From a virus (lineage: Duplodnaviria > Caudoviricetes): DNA of 29,947 nt. Made by a program: the position numbers and the translations under genes. This document shows positions 1 through 9,173 of this stretch, one piece after another. Below the pieces are notes generated by a model that saw only the letters and a program-made list of their open reading frames with translations, made no database searches and was not told the origin of the DNA. Within the stretch, counting starts at the first letter, position 1. The number at the start of each line of letters is the position of its first letter. The stretch covers positions 1-29,947 of IMG/VR virus record IMGVR_UViG_3300041402_000544, one strand, 5' to 3'.

Positions 1-563
1 TTAATGTATCCATTCAAATCCCAACTATGCCGGTTCTCTACCAAATACTTCCATTCCCGCATACCAATCAGAACATTCTCAAGTCCGCTAATGCCGGTGT
101 TGTGCAGAATACACTCTTTGCATTCACCCGGACCAAACTGTGGAACAGGAACGCCAATGTTATCTTCGGTATCCCGGTATTCCAATTGCCTCCAGTCCTG
201 TCCCGGCTGTCCATATAGATAGTCAATTGTAGGTGTGCCGGTAGGAGCTGAGGCAAACGTGATGCTGTAGACGCCCGTTGCATAGGTGATTGAACCAATC
301 GTAATCTGCGGTCCTTCTATATCACCGGCACCATTGTCCACCGCCTGATAAGGTGTCCCGGCGATAGTATAGTCAATGACTACACGTCCTAATCCAACTG
401 GGGAATTGGCAAGTGTTCCAGCCCAACTAACTCCCGCTCCAGCTAATGATTCACCGGTGACTTCCGTACCTACAATGAACGCAAGCAAAGTTTGCAGTAA
501 TCCACTTGGACCATCAAACCCTGCAACCGTACCGGATTCAAATGCTTGATCTTCGATACCCAT
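1..563 (-). CDS. Putative tail protein downstream of tape measure (truncated at window edge)
   Basis: Not in ORF track because it runs off the window. ATG at 563 follows the tape-measure stop; manual translation MGIEDQAFESGTVAGFDGPSGLLQTLLAFIVG... is open to the window edge. Product inferred from position. Confidence 0.7.
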   Translation of the reverse strand, partial: MGIEDQAFESGTVAGFDGPSGLLQTLLAFIVGTEVTGESLAGAGVSWAGTLANSPVGLGRVVIDYTIAGTPYQAVDNGAGDIEGPQITIGSITYATGVYSITFASAPTGTPTIDYLYGQPGQDWRQLEYRDTEDNIGVPVPQFGPGECKECILHNTGISGLENVLIGMREWKYLVENRHSWDLNGYI

Positions 564-564
564 C

Positions 565-3210
565 TTATTCTCCTAAAACAATTTGTTTAACTGCAAATTG
601 GTTTTGACTCATTACATTCAGTATGTTGCGCTGTCCCGGTTTACTTGCAACATACTGATCCATCATTTGCGGATCAATAATGTTATTTATATTAATAGGT
701 GTTTGTCCAGCCCCTGCTCCCGCGCCCTCCGCTGTTGTAGGCGGTTTAGGACCACGTCCCGCAGAACCCCTTGATGCTTGTGCGGCAACCGCGCCACCTG
801 TTTGGAAAGCATAAGCCGGAGTTGGAATATTTGGAAAATTAAAACCGGAAAGTACTTCTCTTGGAATTAGACGCCGGCGAATTGCCTCCATTGCAGATTT
901 GCCATAATACCTCACCGTCCGCACCGGATGCACAAATTCATCGGCCGTCAGCATTGCCGGTATATTATCTGATTTACTCGTGGGCGAATAACCTTTTACT
1001 GGACCGCCCTCTGCCAGACTCTGATTTCGGATGGCCGCGATCCGCGCCAGACCTGCCGCTATTGCAACGCCAGCGAAGATCGGAGCTAAAATAAAGCCGA
1101 CATACGGAATTTCTAAACCACGTTGATAAGCAAGTACCGCATTTTGATAGGTTGCTATTCCAGCTTGAGCAATTGCCACCGCTTTTTGCAAGTAGAAAAA
1201 TTCCTTTATGGTCTGTCCGCTTGCGGCATAGGCATCTCCAAAGGCTTGATTCAAACTATTAAGACCTCCCTCTATACTTTCCATTACTAATTGGTTGATT
1301 GCTACTCTTTGATCTGCCGCTTGCTGATCTCTTTCGAGTTGTTGCAATCTATACTGCTCCTCGATCTGCGCCATAGTTGCATTTTGTTCTACTAAAGAAG
1401 TTATCTCCTCTTCCTGTCGTGTTCGTAATTGCTCATCTTCCATAGCGAAAACTGCAAGCATATTCCCGCCTCGCTGACGAGCTAAGTCAAGTTCCTGATC
1501 CTTTTGTGCTTGCCCGATTGCGGCTCGTCCTACTTCTAAAGCATCTTCCGCCGTCTTGCGGTCAGCGGCTAATTTAAGCATCTCATCGTGGTGCTTTGCC
1601 TCAGCCGCTCTTATCTGATCATTAATTGCTAAACGCTTTCCAGGATCTTTTTCCAATGCCTCAAGCTCCCGCAGAAAGCCAACTTCATTTGCAAGATTTT
1701 CTTCGGCCAATGCCACTCTCTTATCGTAGTACTCCGCAAGTTTTACTATGTTTTGATCATAAGCAATTTCCACTTGTACTAATTCAGTATTAATAATCGC
1801 TGTCGCCCGAGCCAAAGCACTCTTCAATCGGGCGGCAAGTGGTGCTTCCGCGGCCTCGGCCTCTCCCGCTAACTTCGAAGTCTCTACCGTGGCTTTCCCA
1901 ATTTCTTTCGCGTACTCTGTAGCACGATTCCGTAGATTAGTAATAAACTTATCTGCACGTGTCCAATACAATTCCTGATTCGATAATTCTACAATCTGTT
2001 TAGAAGTAGCACTTGTGACGTCAAACCAATATTCCGCGTGTTTTCTTAACTCCTTTCCGGTGGCACCTAACTCAACGTTTCCTTCTTCCAATGCCAAAAG
2101 GTATCTACCTAATGACCGTGTCGCCGCGTCTGGAGCAAATGACAATACCTTTCCCAATGTCTTCGCGTCGCCAATCCATTCCGACCACTTCTCGCGTACC
2201 TTATCAATCCCATCCGCTAATAGCGCCATTCCACGGAGAGTAAATTCAGTCATTAAACCGAATGCCGCTTTTAACCCGAGATAAATTAATTTCAGACCAC
2301 GGAATGAGTCAATCAGGACTGCGACACCTTTAACTACAACTTCAACAAAAGTAAGAACCGCATCAGATGATTCTCTTGCCCACTCGTCAAGGGTTCCTTC
2401 ATCCTTTAATTTGGCAAGGTAGTTATTCAGTTTATTTATTTCATCTGCAATCGCCCGAACGGTGGGCTCTATAGCAGTCTTAATAAATTCTCCGGCCTTT
2501 TCCTGCACGTCTCCCCAAGCATTTCCAAGCCCAATGAGTGATCCTGTCGCACGACGTTGTGCTTCTGCCTGACCACCAACTTGGGATTCGATCTGATCCA
2601 GCAATGCCGAGTATCCACCCATCTTGAAAGTAGTTGAGTCAACCGTAATTCCAACTCGGCGCAGGGATCCGGTCATGCCAAGGGATGCCTTGCCTAAAAG
2701 GTTCGCGGCCTGAACCATGTCACCGCCCATCAACGTGGCAAGGTCTGCCATGATTTTTATGGAACGTGGAAGTGTTTCATTTGTGATGGCGGTGTAGGTG
2801 GCAAGGAATTTCGTTCCTTCAAGAGTTGCCTCATCTCCGAAGTTAGTTACTTCTTGCAGTTGTGTAGCAACATCTTGAAGACCTTGAGCTAACTCAGGTG
2901 TGAATCTTCCCATAGCACGCAAGGCCTGATTCAATCCTTCGACAGCCTTTGCCTGTTCGTCCGCGGCATTTATGAGTCTACGGCCGAGGAAGAGCGCACT
3001 GATAGCGACTCCTGCCGCAATCATTCCGGTCCGCATATTAAACACGGAAGCGCGAATCCGAGATAAACCCGCACCGAAGCTTCTCATAGCCCTCCGCGCT
3101 CTACCTAATCTGGTTTCCGTACCTTTTAATGACTTATTTAATTTTTCAAGGTTGCGCCTTGCCTCATCACGGAGCCGGATGATTATTTCTAATGTTTCAG
3201 ATGCAGGCAT
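565..3210 (-). CDS. Tail tape measure protein
   Basis: 881 aa, Ala/Leu/Glu-rich helical composition, N-terminal LEIIIRLRDEA, C-terminal LAEGGPV...SDNIPAMLTADEFV motif typical of tape measures; follows tail tube and chaperone genes. Confidence 0.92.
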   Translation of the reverse strand: MPASETLEIIIRLRDEARRNLEKLNKSLKGTETRLGRARRAMRSFGAGLSRIRASVFNMRTGMIAAGVAISALFLGRRLINAADEQAKAVEGLNQALRAMGRFTPELAQGLQDVATQLQEVTNFGDEATLEGTKFLATYTAITNETLPRSIKIMADLATLMGGDMVQAANLLGKASLGMTGSLRRVGITVDSTTFKMGGYSALLDQIESQVGGQAEAQRRATGSLIGLGNAWGDVQEKAGEFIKTAIEPTVRAIADEINKLNNYLAKLKDEGTLDEWARESSDAVLTFVEVVVKGVAVLIDSFRGLKLIYLGLKAAFGLMTEFTLRGMALLADGIDKVREKWSEWIGDAKTLGKVLSFAPDAATRSLGRYLLALEEGNVELGATGKELRKHAEYWFDVTSATSKQIVELSNQELYWTRADKFITNLRNRATEYAKEIGKATVETSKLAGEAEAAEAPLAARLKSALARATAIINTELVQVEIAYDQNIVKLAEYYDKRVALAEENLANEVGFLRELEALEKDPGKRLAINDQIRAAEAKHHDEMLKLAADRKTAEDALEVGRAAIGQAQKDQELDLARQRGGNMLAVFAMEDEQLRTRQEEEITSLVEQNATMAQIEEQYRLQQLERDQQAADQRVAINQLVMESIEGGLNSLNQAFGDAYAASGQTIKEFFYLQKAVAIAQAGIATYQNAVLAYQRGLEIPYVGFILAPIFAGVAIAAGLARIAAIRNQSLAEGGPVKGYSPTSKSDNIPAMLTADEFVHPVRTVRYYGKSAMEAIRRRLIPREVLSGFNFPNIPTPAYAFQTGGAVAAQASRGSAGRGPKPPTTAEGAGAGAGQTPININNIIDPQMMDQYVASKPGQRNILNVMSQNQFAVKQIVLGE

Positions 3211-3480
3211 TTATCCTTTTCTCCTCATGTATCTTCTCCATTCTTTTTTGTCTGCGTATTGCGCTATCCGTACGGCAATTGCGGTTTCACGCTGTCTGAA
3301 AAAACTTAACTTCTGGTTTTCGTTTAACGCATCGACAAAGAATGAGTAACCGTAATCTAAGATTCCGGTGTGTCCTGATTCGATGAGTCCACAACATAAC
3401 TTGAAAAGTCCGCGATGAGTGCTTCCTTTAATCTCGCTAATATCTTGTCCGCGCCCGCCTTGCGGGCTATCACGAAAAAA
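3211..3480 (-). CDS. Frameshift extension of tail assembly chaperone (lambda gpGT-like)
   Basis: The -1 frame is open from slippery heptamer T TTT TTC (3480-3474) to TAA at 3213-3211, abutting the tape-measure ATG; it encodes ...FKLCCGLIESGHTGILDYGYSFFVDAL...YMRRKG. Confidence 0.7.
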   Translation of the reverse strand, partial: FFRDSPQGGRGQDISEIKGSTHRGLFKLCCGLIESGHTGILDYGYSFFVDALNENQKLSFFRQRETAIAVRIAQYADKKEWRRYMRRKG

Positions 3481-3743
3481 TCTGAGTTAACCTCTTTGAA
3501 TTTTTCCCAGACTAACTTTAATTCACTGGGAGCCATATCTTCAAGATCACTCATTTTGATATTGCTACATAGTGGAAGTAGACGCGTCTCAAAATTTTCC
3601 TTTAACTTGGCAAGGTCTAAGTTATCGCCTTTGCCGCCAAGAGTTTCTTCCTGCATGAGTGAAATGATTTCCTTTATGGTTAATTCATTAACCTTAAAGG
3701 ATTTGTCATAACCCTCAATTTCAAAGGTATTGGTTTTACGCAT
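3357..3743 (-). CDS. Tail assembly chaperone (gpG-like)
   Basis: 128 aa, lies between tail tube and tape measure, GGAGG RBS, overlapping -1 frame downstream. Confidence 0.8.
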   Translation of the reverse strand: MRKTNTFEIEGYDKSFKVNELTIKEIISLMQEETLGGKGDNLDLAKLKENFETRLLPLCSNIKMSDLEDMAPSELKLVWEKFKEVNSDFFVIARKAGADKILARLKEALIADFSSYVVDSSNQDTPES

Positions 3744-3789
3744 TTTTTACCCCTCCAAGATTTATTGCGTTACTTTTTCAAGTCCTGTA

Positions 3790-4332
3790 TTAGGTTGTCG
3801 TAGTCGTAGTGGTGGTGGTCGTTACAGACGTTACATCCCAATACGGTGAAGTACTATGATTGGCAACATCCGCCAAACCGTCGCCGGTAAAACTCATTAT
3901 CATCCATTCCTCACCGATTAATTGCAATGCACCGTTTGGAGATAAAGTAACCTTCCAAAACTCCCACGTGTCGTTGGGTCCGGTCGGCCGGTCTGAAACA
4001 AACTTCAGAGCATATTCCTTGTCTATATCTTGCAAGGCATGGAACACGTTTCCGATTTGCGTACCCATGATGAATTTCTTTAAATTGATTGCCGCGAATT
4101 CATCCAAGTCAAAGGTTAAGGTATATTCCGTTTGAATCACGGGATTCTTATCCTTTGTCCGAAATCCTTCCCGAGATGAGTAATGAGGCAAACGCTCAAT
4201 TGCAGGTTCGATCTCAAAACTCGGGCAGTTCCCCATCTCCGCGTAGGCCGGGGATCCAGCACCGGGAAAGTCAGCGGCATACAATTTGCCTTTTCCAATT
4301 GCATAGTTTTCTACATTATGCGGAGTTGGCAT
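3790..4332 (-). CDS. Major tail (tube) protein with C-terminal poly-Thr
   Basis: 180 aa; NYAIGKGKLY...EMGNCPSFEI pattern typical of siphophage tail tubes; position fits; ends in 10 Thr. Confidence 0.82.
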   Translation of the reverse strand: MPTPHNVENYAIGKGKLYAADFPGAGSPAYAEMGNCPSFEIEPAIERLPHYSSREGFRTKDKNPVIQTEYTLTFDLDEFAAINLKKFIMGTQIGNVFHALQDIDKEYALKFVSDRPTGPNDTWEFWKVTLSPNGALQLIGEEWMIMSFTGDGLADVANHSTSPYWDVTSVTTTTTTTTTT

Positions 4333-4334
4333 AT

Positions 4335-4796
4335 TTATATTCCTCCTGTTGTGTGTAAGTAAATAGTGTTAACGATTATGCGGAAGGCCAGGAACGGTTC
4401 CCAATACTCCGGGTCATCTTCGATTTTCAATAATGTCTCCAAGCACAGATCTCCTTTAAGCGGATCAGCGTAAAGGACACGCCAGAGCTCGTCTGCAAGG
4501 TTCGATATTTTGACTTCCGTAGTATCATCTATGACGTCGATCATGTCATAAACGTAAACGTCAATGGCGAGGGAAGATTTAATAAGGTCAACACCGCCCG
4601 GAACACGCCCGGATTTCTTTTCAACCGGACGAGGCAACTTGCCTACAACTGCCGCGACTGGAAATTGAGGCAAAGCAAATTGCTGTAGATCGTGGTGGGT
4701 TTTCTTTCCACGGACTACCGTCTTAATTACCGGGACGGTTTTTATCTCCGAAATAACTCGGCAGATAATTTGTTCCCGTTTACTATTCTCGGCCAT
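4335..4796 (-). CDS. Putative tail terminator/completion protein
   Basis: 153 aa immediately upstream of tail tube; SKREQII start and size fit tail-completion proteins; assignment mainly positional. Confidence 0.6.
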   Translation of the reverse strand: MAENSKREQIICRVISEIKTVPVIKTVVRGKKTHHDLQQFALPQFPVAAVVGKLPRPVEKKSGRVPGGVDLIKSSLAIDVYVYDMIDVIDDTTEVKISNLADELWRVLYADPLKGDLCLETLLKIEDDPEYWEPFLAFRIIVNTIYLHTTGGI

Positions 4797-4799
4797 GAG

Positions 4800-5264
4800 T
4801 TATGTTCCTTCCGATAGTAGTCCCGCCATGTGCTCACTAACCATTTCATTGATTTCTTCCTGCTCCTGCGTGGACAAGGCAAAAAAAAGCCTGTCCTTAT
4901 TTAGAGCAAATGCCTTTAAAGGATTGCTTGTGCCGGAGCGGTCTGTGGTACTTTGGAAAAATACCTTTGACTCACGATCCGTTGCACTAAAAGTCATTGA
5001 GCTCATCATGGAACCGGTGAAAAATAAATTTACTGTGTCGCCGGAGCGACCTCGCTTTTCACGGAATAATTTATACTGAGGAGTATATGGCTTAAATCTT
5101 CGACCAGTTGCATCCACGCCAGATGACGTTCTACGCTGAATCCAAAAGATAACTCGTGTAGCTATTTCGGACATGAGGCTTTTAGAAAATACGTTTTCTT
5201 CGGCTTGCCCGAACCTTTGGATTAACCCTGTTAATCCCCTTATTTCAATAGGATTTACAGGCAT
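4800..5264 (-). CDS. Virion morphogenesis/neck protein
   Basis: IEIRGL start and GVDATGRRFKPYTPQY...VNLFFTGSMMSS...FFALS motifs resemble the phage virion morphogenesis (Mu gpG-like) family. Confidence 0.7.
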   Translation of the reverse strand: MPVNPIEIRGLTGLIQRFGQAEENVFSKSLMSEIATRVIFWIQRRTSSGVDATGRRFKPYTPQYKLFREKRGRSGDTVNLFFTGSMMSSMTFSATDRESKVFFQSTTDRSGTSNPLKAFALNKDRLFFALSTQEQEEINEMVSEHMAGLLSEGT

Positions 5265-5710
5265 CAGGCTCTATAAAGTCTTCGCGTCTGGGGTTGGTAC
5301 GTTTCATCATCTTCGATTGTACCACTTTCATCCCAGTCATAGCTTATTCCTACGCCAAGTACTGTTCGCATTTCGGCGTCGAATAACTTACGGAATAACT
5401 CCATCTCCCGTTCAAAACCGTCGGGTTCCGGCGAATCCTTCATAAGATATAAGTACGCCAATTCCAGCGTCTTATAACTACTCGCCCGTACGAGTTGACT
5501 GGCGTCCACCTTTTCTGGATCAAAGGGTTCTGCACGCCAGTCAAACCCGTTTTCTGTAGCGGCTTGGATGTACCACTTGCTAATGAGCAATCGATTTATC
5601 ATATCAAATGCTTCTTCGTGATGGGCAGTCCAATCGGAAACACCGAGGGTTAGAATGTTTGGCCGGACCTTTGAAAGGTCTTCGTCCACTGAGTAAACTG
5701 TTGTTGCCAT
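5264..5710 (-). CDS. Putative head-tail adaptor/connector
   Basis: 148 aa acidic protein between capsid and neck genes, YSVDEDL start; positional inference. Confidence 0.55.
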   Translation of the reverse strand: MATTVYSVDEDLSKVRPNILTLGVSDWTAHHEEAFDMINRLLISKWYIQAATENGFDWRAEPFDPEKVDASQLVRASSYKTLELAYLYLMKDSPEPDGFEREMELFRKLFDAEMRTVLGVGISYDWDESGTIEDDETYQPQTRRLYRA

Positions 5711-6109
5711 TTACTTCTCTCTCCTCTTTATTTTCCGTCCTTTAACCTTTTTCGGTTTATCTTCCCCATCACCTGCGTCCTCAGATGCCGAGGCATCCTC
5801 TTCAGAGCTCTGCGAATCCGCTACTGGCGGGGATCCAGCGGCACGTTGCTTTGTCTGAGCAAGCGCTTGCTCCTCCGTCTTAGCAGGCTTCGCGTCCGGG
5901 GTAATAATTGGAACAGGTGCGGCAATGATCTCCGGAGGAGTAGTTGCTTCAAGCGACACTTCCGGATAACCGGCAGCGATTAACTTTTCGGCAACTGCAT
6001 CATCATCGGTGTAAAATTGCCCGTCCACAAATTCCGCCAAAGGTTTGTCTTTATCAGGGTCCCATACAATGGTTGCTAATGTCGCCCGATAAAATCTTCG
6101 TTTAATCAT
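5711..6109 (-). CDS. Hypothetical virion-module protein
   Basis: 132 aa, AAGGAG RBS, low-complexity acidic then basic C-terminus (GRKIKRREK). Confidence 0.7.
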   Translation of the reverse strand: MIKRRFYRATLATIVWDPDKDKPLAEFVDGQFYTDDDAVAEKLIAAGYPEVSLEATTPPEIIAAPVPIITPDAKPAKTEEQALAQTKQRAAGSPPVADSQSSEEDASASEDAGDGEDKPKKVKGRKIKRREK

Positions 6110-6146
6110 TTTGATTATCTCCTTCTACGACTTGACTCACCGCCGA

Positions 6147-6308
6147 TTAAGGAACGGTGGTTGTCGTGGTTGTAGGCGGAGCGGTCGTGGTCGTTGTAGA
6201 CCATCCGGTACCCTCTTCAATTGCCTCATTTACGTCCTTCGCCCAGCGACGCAAATACGGAGGCTGTCCAAGAGCATTTTCCATCTTTTCACGATCCCTT
6301 GCACTCAT
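6147..6308 (-). CDS. Small Thr-rich protein directly downstream of major capsid
   Basis: Below ORF-track cutoff. AGGAGG RBS; manual translation MSARDREKMENALGQPPYLRRWAKDVNEAIEEGTGWSTTTTTAPPTTTTTTVP (53 aa). Confidence 0.8.
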   Translation of the reverse strand: MSARDREKMENALGQPPYLRRWAKDVNEAIEEGTGWSTTTTTAPPTTTTTTVP

Positions 6309-6372
6309 AATTTTTATCCTCCTTCTCTTTTAGCTTTTACTTCACAGCAAAAGGTTTAACCGCAAAGAGCGA

Positions 6373-7332
6373 TTATGAGGTTGCCAGACCGGTGATGGTT
6401 CCGTGGTATTCCTCAGGACCGTAGTCCAGGCCGACCTGACCATAGATTTGGCCAGATTCCGATGCGCCCGTTTTACTCAATTCCTCGTAGAAGAGCACGC
6501 CCTTCTCCGGGACCGGCAGGAACACCGGTGAGCAAACGGAAAGATCCGCAATGAGCAATGTTGCCACCGGGACGTTGGGAGCCCAAACGATTCCGAGAAT
6601 TGCAAAATCGGTTTCAATTTGGTTGATGTTGTATCCGCCCACGTTCCGGTCCTGCGGCGCATAACCGTAGATGTCGCTGATCTGTTGCTTCTGAAACGCA
6701 TTGACGAAGATAACGGTATTGACAAACTCTGATCCGTTGGTCGCCATTGCTCGTAGCAATTGATCAATTAACGGTTTACTCAATGCCGCGCCGGAGGCCG
6801 CCACCGTGTTCGTGGTGCAAGCCGTGATAATGCCTCGGGTCTTTGCTGCAACACCGGCATTGATGGCCTTCTGGTACTGACCATTGAGAAAAGTGTAATC
6901 CACGTTAACCGCTATTTGCCTCATGTGCGCGGAGATCTGGAAATCCCGTTCGTTCTGAACCGGCTGAGGATTCGTAACATCAACGTGTCCAGCAGGATCC
7001 ACAAGTACTTGCCCAACAACGGATTGCTTGGCATAACTCACGGTAACTGCACGATGAAAAATCTGGACGGTGTTGATATCCTGATCGCGGACGTAGGTCC
7101 ACGGGGTCGGCGCGGTTAAAGACGCCGTTTCTGTTACTGCCGGTTGAGCGGCAGTTTCCAGACTCCACGGCTGAGCAAGCGGAAATTCAAAGTCCGCCAC
7201 CGTTCGAATTGCTCCACCTTGTAGACCGCCTATCATGTTGAGGAAAGGCGTTTGATTAGCACCAATGAGGAAAAGTTCTCCCGTATAATTGGGACAATTC
7301 CAGACTGTGCCGATTGCGTGTACATTTCCCAT
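6373..7332 (-). CDS. Major capsid protein (DUF5309/SU10-like)
   Basis: 319 aa after scaffold; TPFLNMIGG, NTVQIF...VTVS, KTRGI, IETDF, LSKTGASESGQIYG motifs recalled from this capsid family. Confidence 0.88.
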   Translation of the reverse strand: MGNVHAIGTVWNCPNYTGELFLIGANQTPFLNMIGGLQGGAIRTVADFEFPLAQPWSLETAAQPAVTETASLTAPTPWTYVRDQDINTVQIFHRAVTVSYAKQSVVGQVLVDPAGHVDVTNPQPVQNERDFQISAHMRQIAVNVDYTFLNGQYQKAINAGVAAKTRGIITACTTNTVAASGAALSKPLIDQLLRAMATNGSEFVNTVIFVNAFQKQQISDIYGYAPQDRNVGGYNINQIETDFAILGIVWAPNVPVATLLIADLSVCSPVFLPVPEKGVLFYEELSKTGASESGQIYGQVGLDYGPEEYHGTITGLATS

Positions 7333-7366
7333 TTTTAAGTTTCCTCCATTTTAATTTGTGGGATCG

Positions 7367-8275
7367 TTACGCACTCTGCCGCTTTTTCTTTTCAATCTCA
7401 AACATCCTGTTCTTAAGGGAAATCATAAGTTTATGGTTTCCTGCTTTTTGGGCTTCGGCGTATTGATCCTTAAATTTTTGTAAGTCGTCGGAGTCGCCGC
7501 CTCCATCACCGCCCCCTCCCCCTCCAGCACCCGATCCAGGCTTGCCACCGCGAAGTAATTGGTCTTTTCCGGGGTATGAGTCAAACACAAATCCTATTGC
7601 CTCATGAAATCCTGCAATCTCGCCGGGATTCTCTCGGCTATAATAAGGTTCGTTTTTGTGGTTGTAAGCTACCAACTGCAATATGCCAGTCTTTTCATCC
7701 TCTTCCACTTTGAAGTTCTTCCCAAAATACGTCTCCGCAATTTCGGGTGGAAGATTTGTCTTCGGTTCAGTACCGCTGAAGTAGGGAGAAGTCGCAAATT
7801 GATTGCTCACCATAAGGGTTCTGATCTGGCCATCCTTTTTACCGATGACTACCTTATAGTCATTTTCTTTTTGCTCAAAGGACTTTTTAACGCCCTCCAC
7901 TTGCTCATCGTAGGCGCTTTTCATATCCGCTTTTAACTTATCGACTTTATCCGCTTTCATCCAGTCCTTGTCTTTGAAGTTTTCCACGGTGGTTATTGCT
8001 TCGTCGGCTTTGGTTTTCCATTCCACCAACTCATCAATTCCCTCAAATAACTTCATTGACTTCTCAGCGCCATCTGCGCGTTCCCGGTGTCCTTTTGCTT
8101 CCTTGCCAAGATCGATTATTTTCTGATACATGGCAATCGGGTCTAATGGCACTTCCTTACCATCCGGGTCTATGTAGACCGGCTTGCCGTCTTTAAAGAC
8201 CGGCACTTTTGCCTCATCGTCTCCAACTTTCAATTTCCATTTTTCTTTTGGCATGGCATCCGCCTCCTGCCCCAT
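7367..8275 (-). CDS. Capsid scaffolding protein
   Basis: Charged coiled-coil protein upstream of MCP with EAKGHRE and Gly-rich GSGAGGGGG near the C-terminus; true start may be MPKEKW at 8254. Confidence 0.78.
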   Translation of the reverse strand: MGQEADAMPKEKWKLKVGDDEAKVPVFKDGKPVYIDPDGKEVPLDPIAMYQKIIDLGKEAKGHRERADGAEKSMKLFEGIDELVEWKTKADEAITTVENFKDKDWMKADKVDKLKADMKSAYDEQVEGVKKSFEQKENDYKVVIGKKDGQIRTLMVSNQFATSPYFSGTEPKTNLPPEIAETYFGKNFKVEEDEKTGILQLVAYNHKNEPYYSRENPGEIAGFHEAIGFVFDSYPGKDQLLRGGKPGSGAGGGGGGDGGGDSDDLQKFKDQYAEAQKAGNHKLMISLKNRMFEIEKKKRQSA

Positions 8276-8325
8276 CCGGGGTCGTTAGTAGTAAAAATCT
8301 TTTGACTCATCCGAGCCGCTCTTGC

Positions 8326-8760
8326 CTATGGCTTAAAAGTTAATAAGCCTAAAGTATCTTTGGAATGATTCCGCACATCAAAATGAAGCCATGAGATATT
8401 CGTCTCTATTGCCGTTATGTATTCGTACGTTGCCTCATTAGGCTTTGCAATAATGTCTTCCCGTACCTCTTCGGCTGTTACGTCTTGCGGATCCATATCC
8501 AATGCCCGACCGAAGCGATGTTGGCTATAAGCCGCGCCAACCGTGCATCCAGACGGTCGATATCCTCTGAAGTTAAACTTTCCGCCCCACTCCCAGTCGT
8601 TTACTATAATTGGACCGAAGCGTTTCCGTAGGCGGTCAGCAGTTATCAACACTCTGTCATCGTAGATGATGAAAATCCGGCCACCAAGATCAGAAAGTAT
8701 TTCATGATAGTAATCCTGATCAAATAACTCATAACCGCCAAAGTGTTGTGGTTTATACAT
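8326..8760 (-). CDS. Peptidase M15-family (D-Ala-D-Ala/L-Ala-D-Glu type) cell-wall hydrolase
   Basis: GYR...SQHRFGRALD...WLHFD Zn-binding H/D/H pattern of the M15 family. Confidence 0.85.
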   Translation of the reverse strand: MYKPQHFGGYELFDQDYYHEILSDLGGRIFIIYDDRVLITADRLRKRFGPIIVNDWEWGGKFNFRGYRPSGCTVGAAYSQHRFGRALDMDPQDVTAEEVREDIIAKPNEATYEYITAIETNISWLHFDVRNHSKDTLGLLTFKP

Positions 8761-8935
8761 CCTTTATACCTTTATTATAATGCCTGAAAAGCATAAATAA
8801 TTTTCTAAAGATGCTGATAGCAATTTTTCTGTTTATACGTCCAGTTGAAGTATCCTTTGAAATAAATTCTTTACTATAACTCGTTTGTCCAAAGGTTTTT
8901 TCAAATACCGTCATTTTAATTTTAACATACGGCAA
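8753..8935 (-). CDS. Hypothetical protein
   Basis: 60 aa, TTG start with AGGAGG upstream, overlaps the next start. Confidence 0.55.
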   Translation of the reverse strand: MPYVKIKMTVFEKTFGQTSYSKEFISKDTSTGRINRKIAISIFRKLFMLFRHYNKGIKDV

Positions 8936-8947
8936 GTGACCGGCCTC

Positions 8948-9169
8948 CTAAGGAATCTCTCTTGAGTCCTCTTCATAAATAATATTATTTCTTTGCTTTG
9001 GGAATCTCTTCGTATGCAAGTTATCTCCATAAGCAATTTCCTCTGGGATACCGGCACCATCTGGGAATGCGACACAAATTACATACTCCCCGACTTCCTC
9101 TTCATCCTTCTGTGCCGCGCCAATGAAGTGTTTGCATTTTCTCGCGTAGCATCTGGGTTCCTCAATCAT
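8948..9169 (-). CDS. Small Cys/His protein, candidate partner/immunity of MuF extension
   Basis: 73 aa with C-x4-CKH...CVAFPDG-x-GIPEEI-x2-G-x3-H; directly downstream of MuF-metallopeptidase gene. Confidence 0.65.
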   Translation of the reverse strand: MIEEPRCYARKCKHFIGAAQKDEEEVGEYVICVAFPDGAGIPEEIAYGDNLHTKRFPKQRNNIIYEEDSREIP

Positions 9170-9173
9170 TTTA

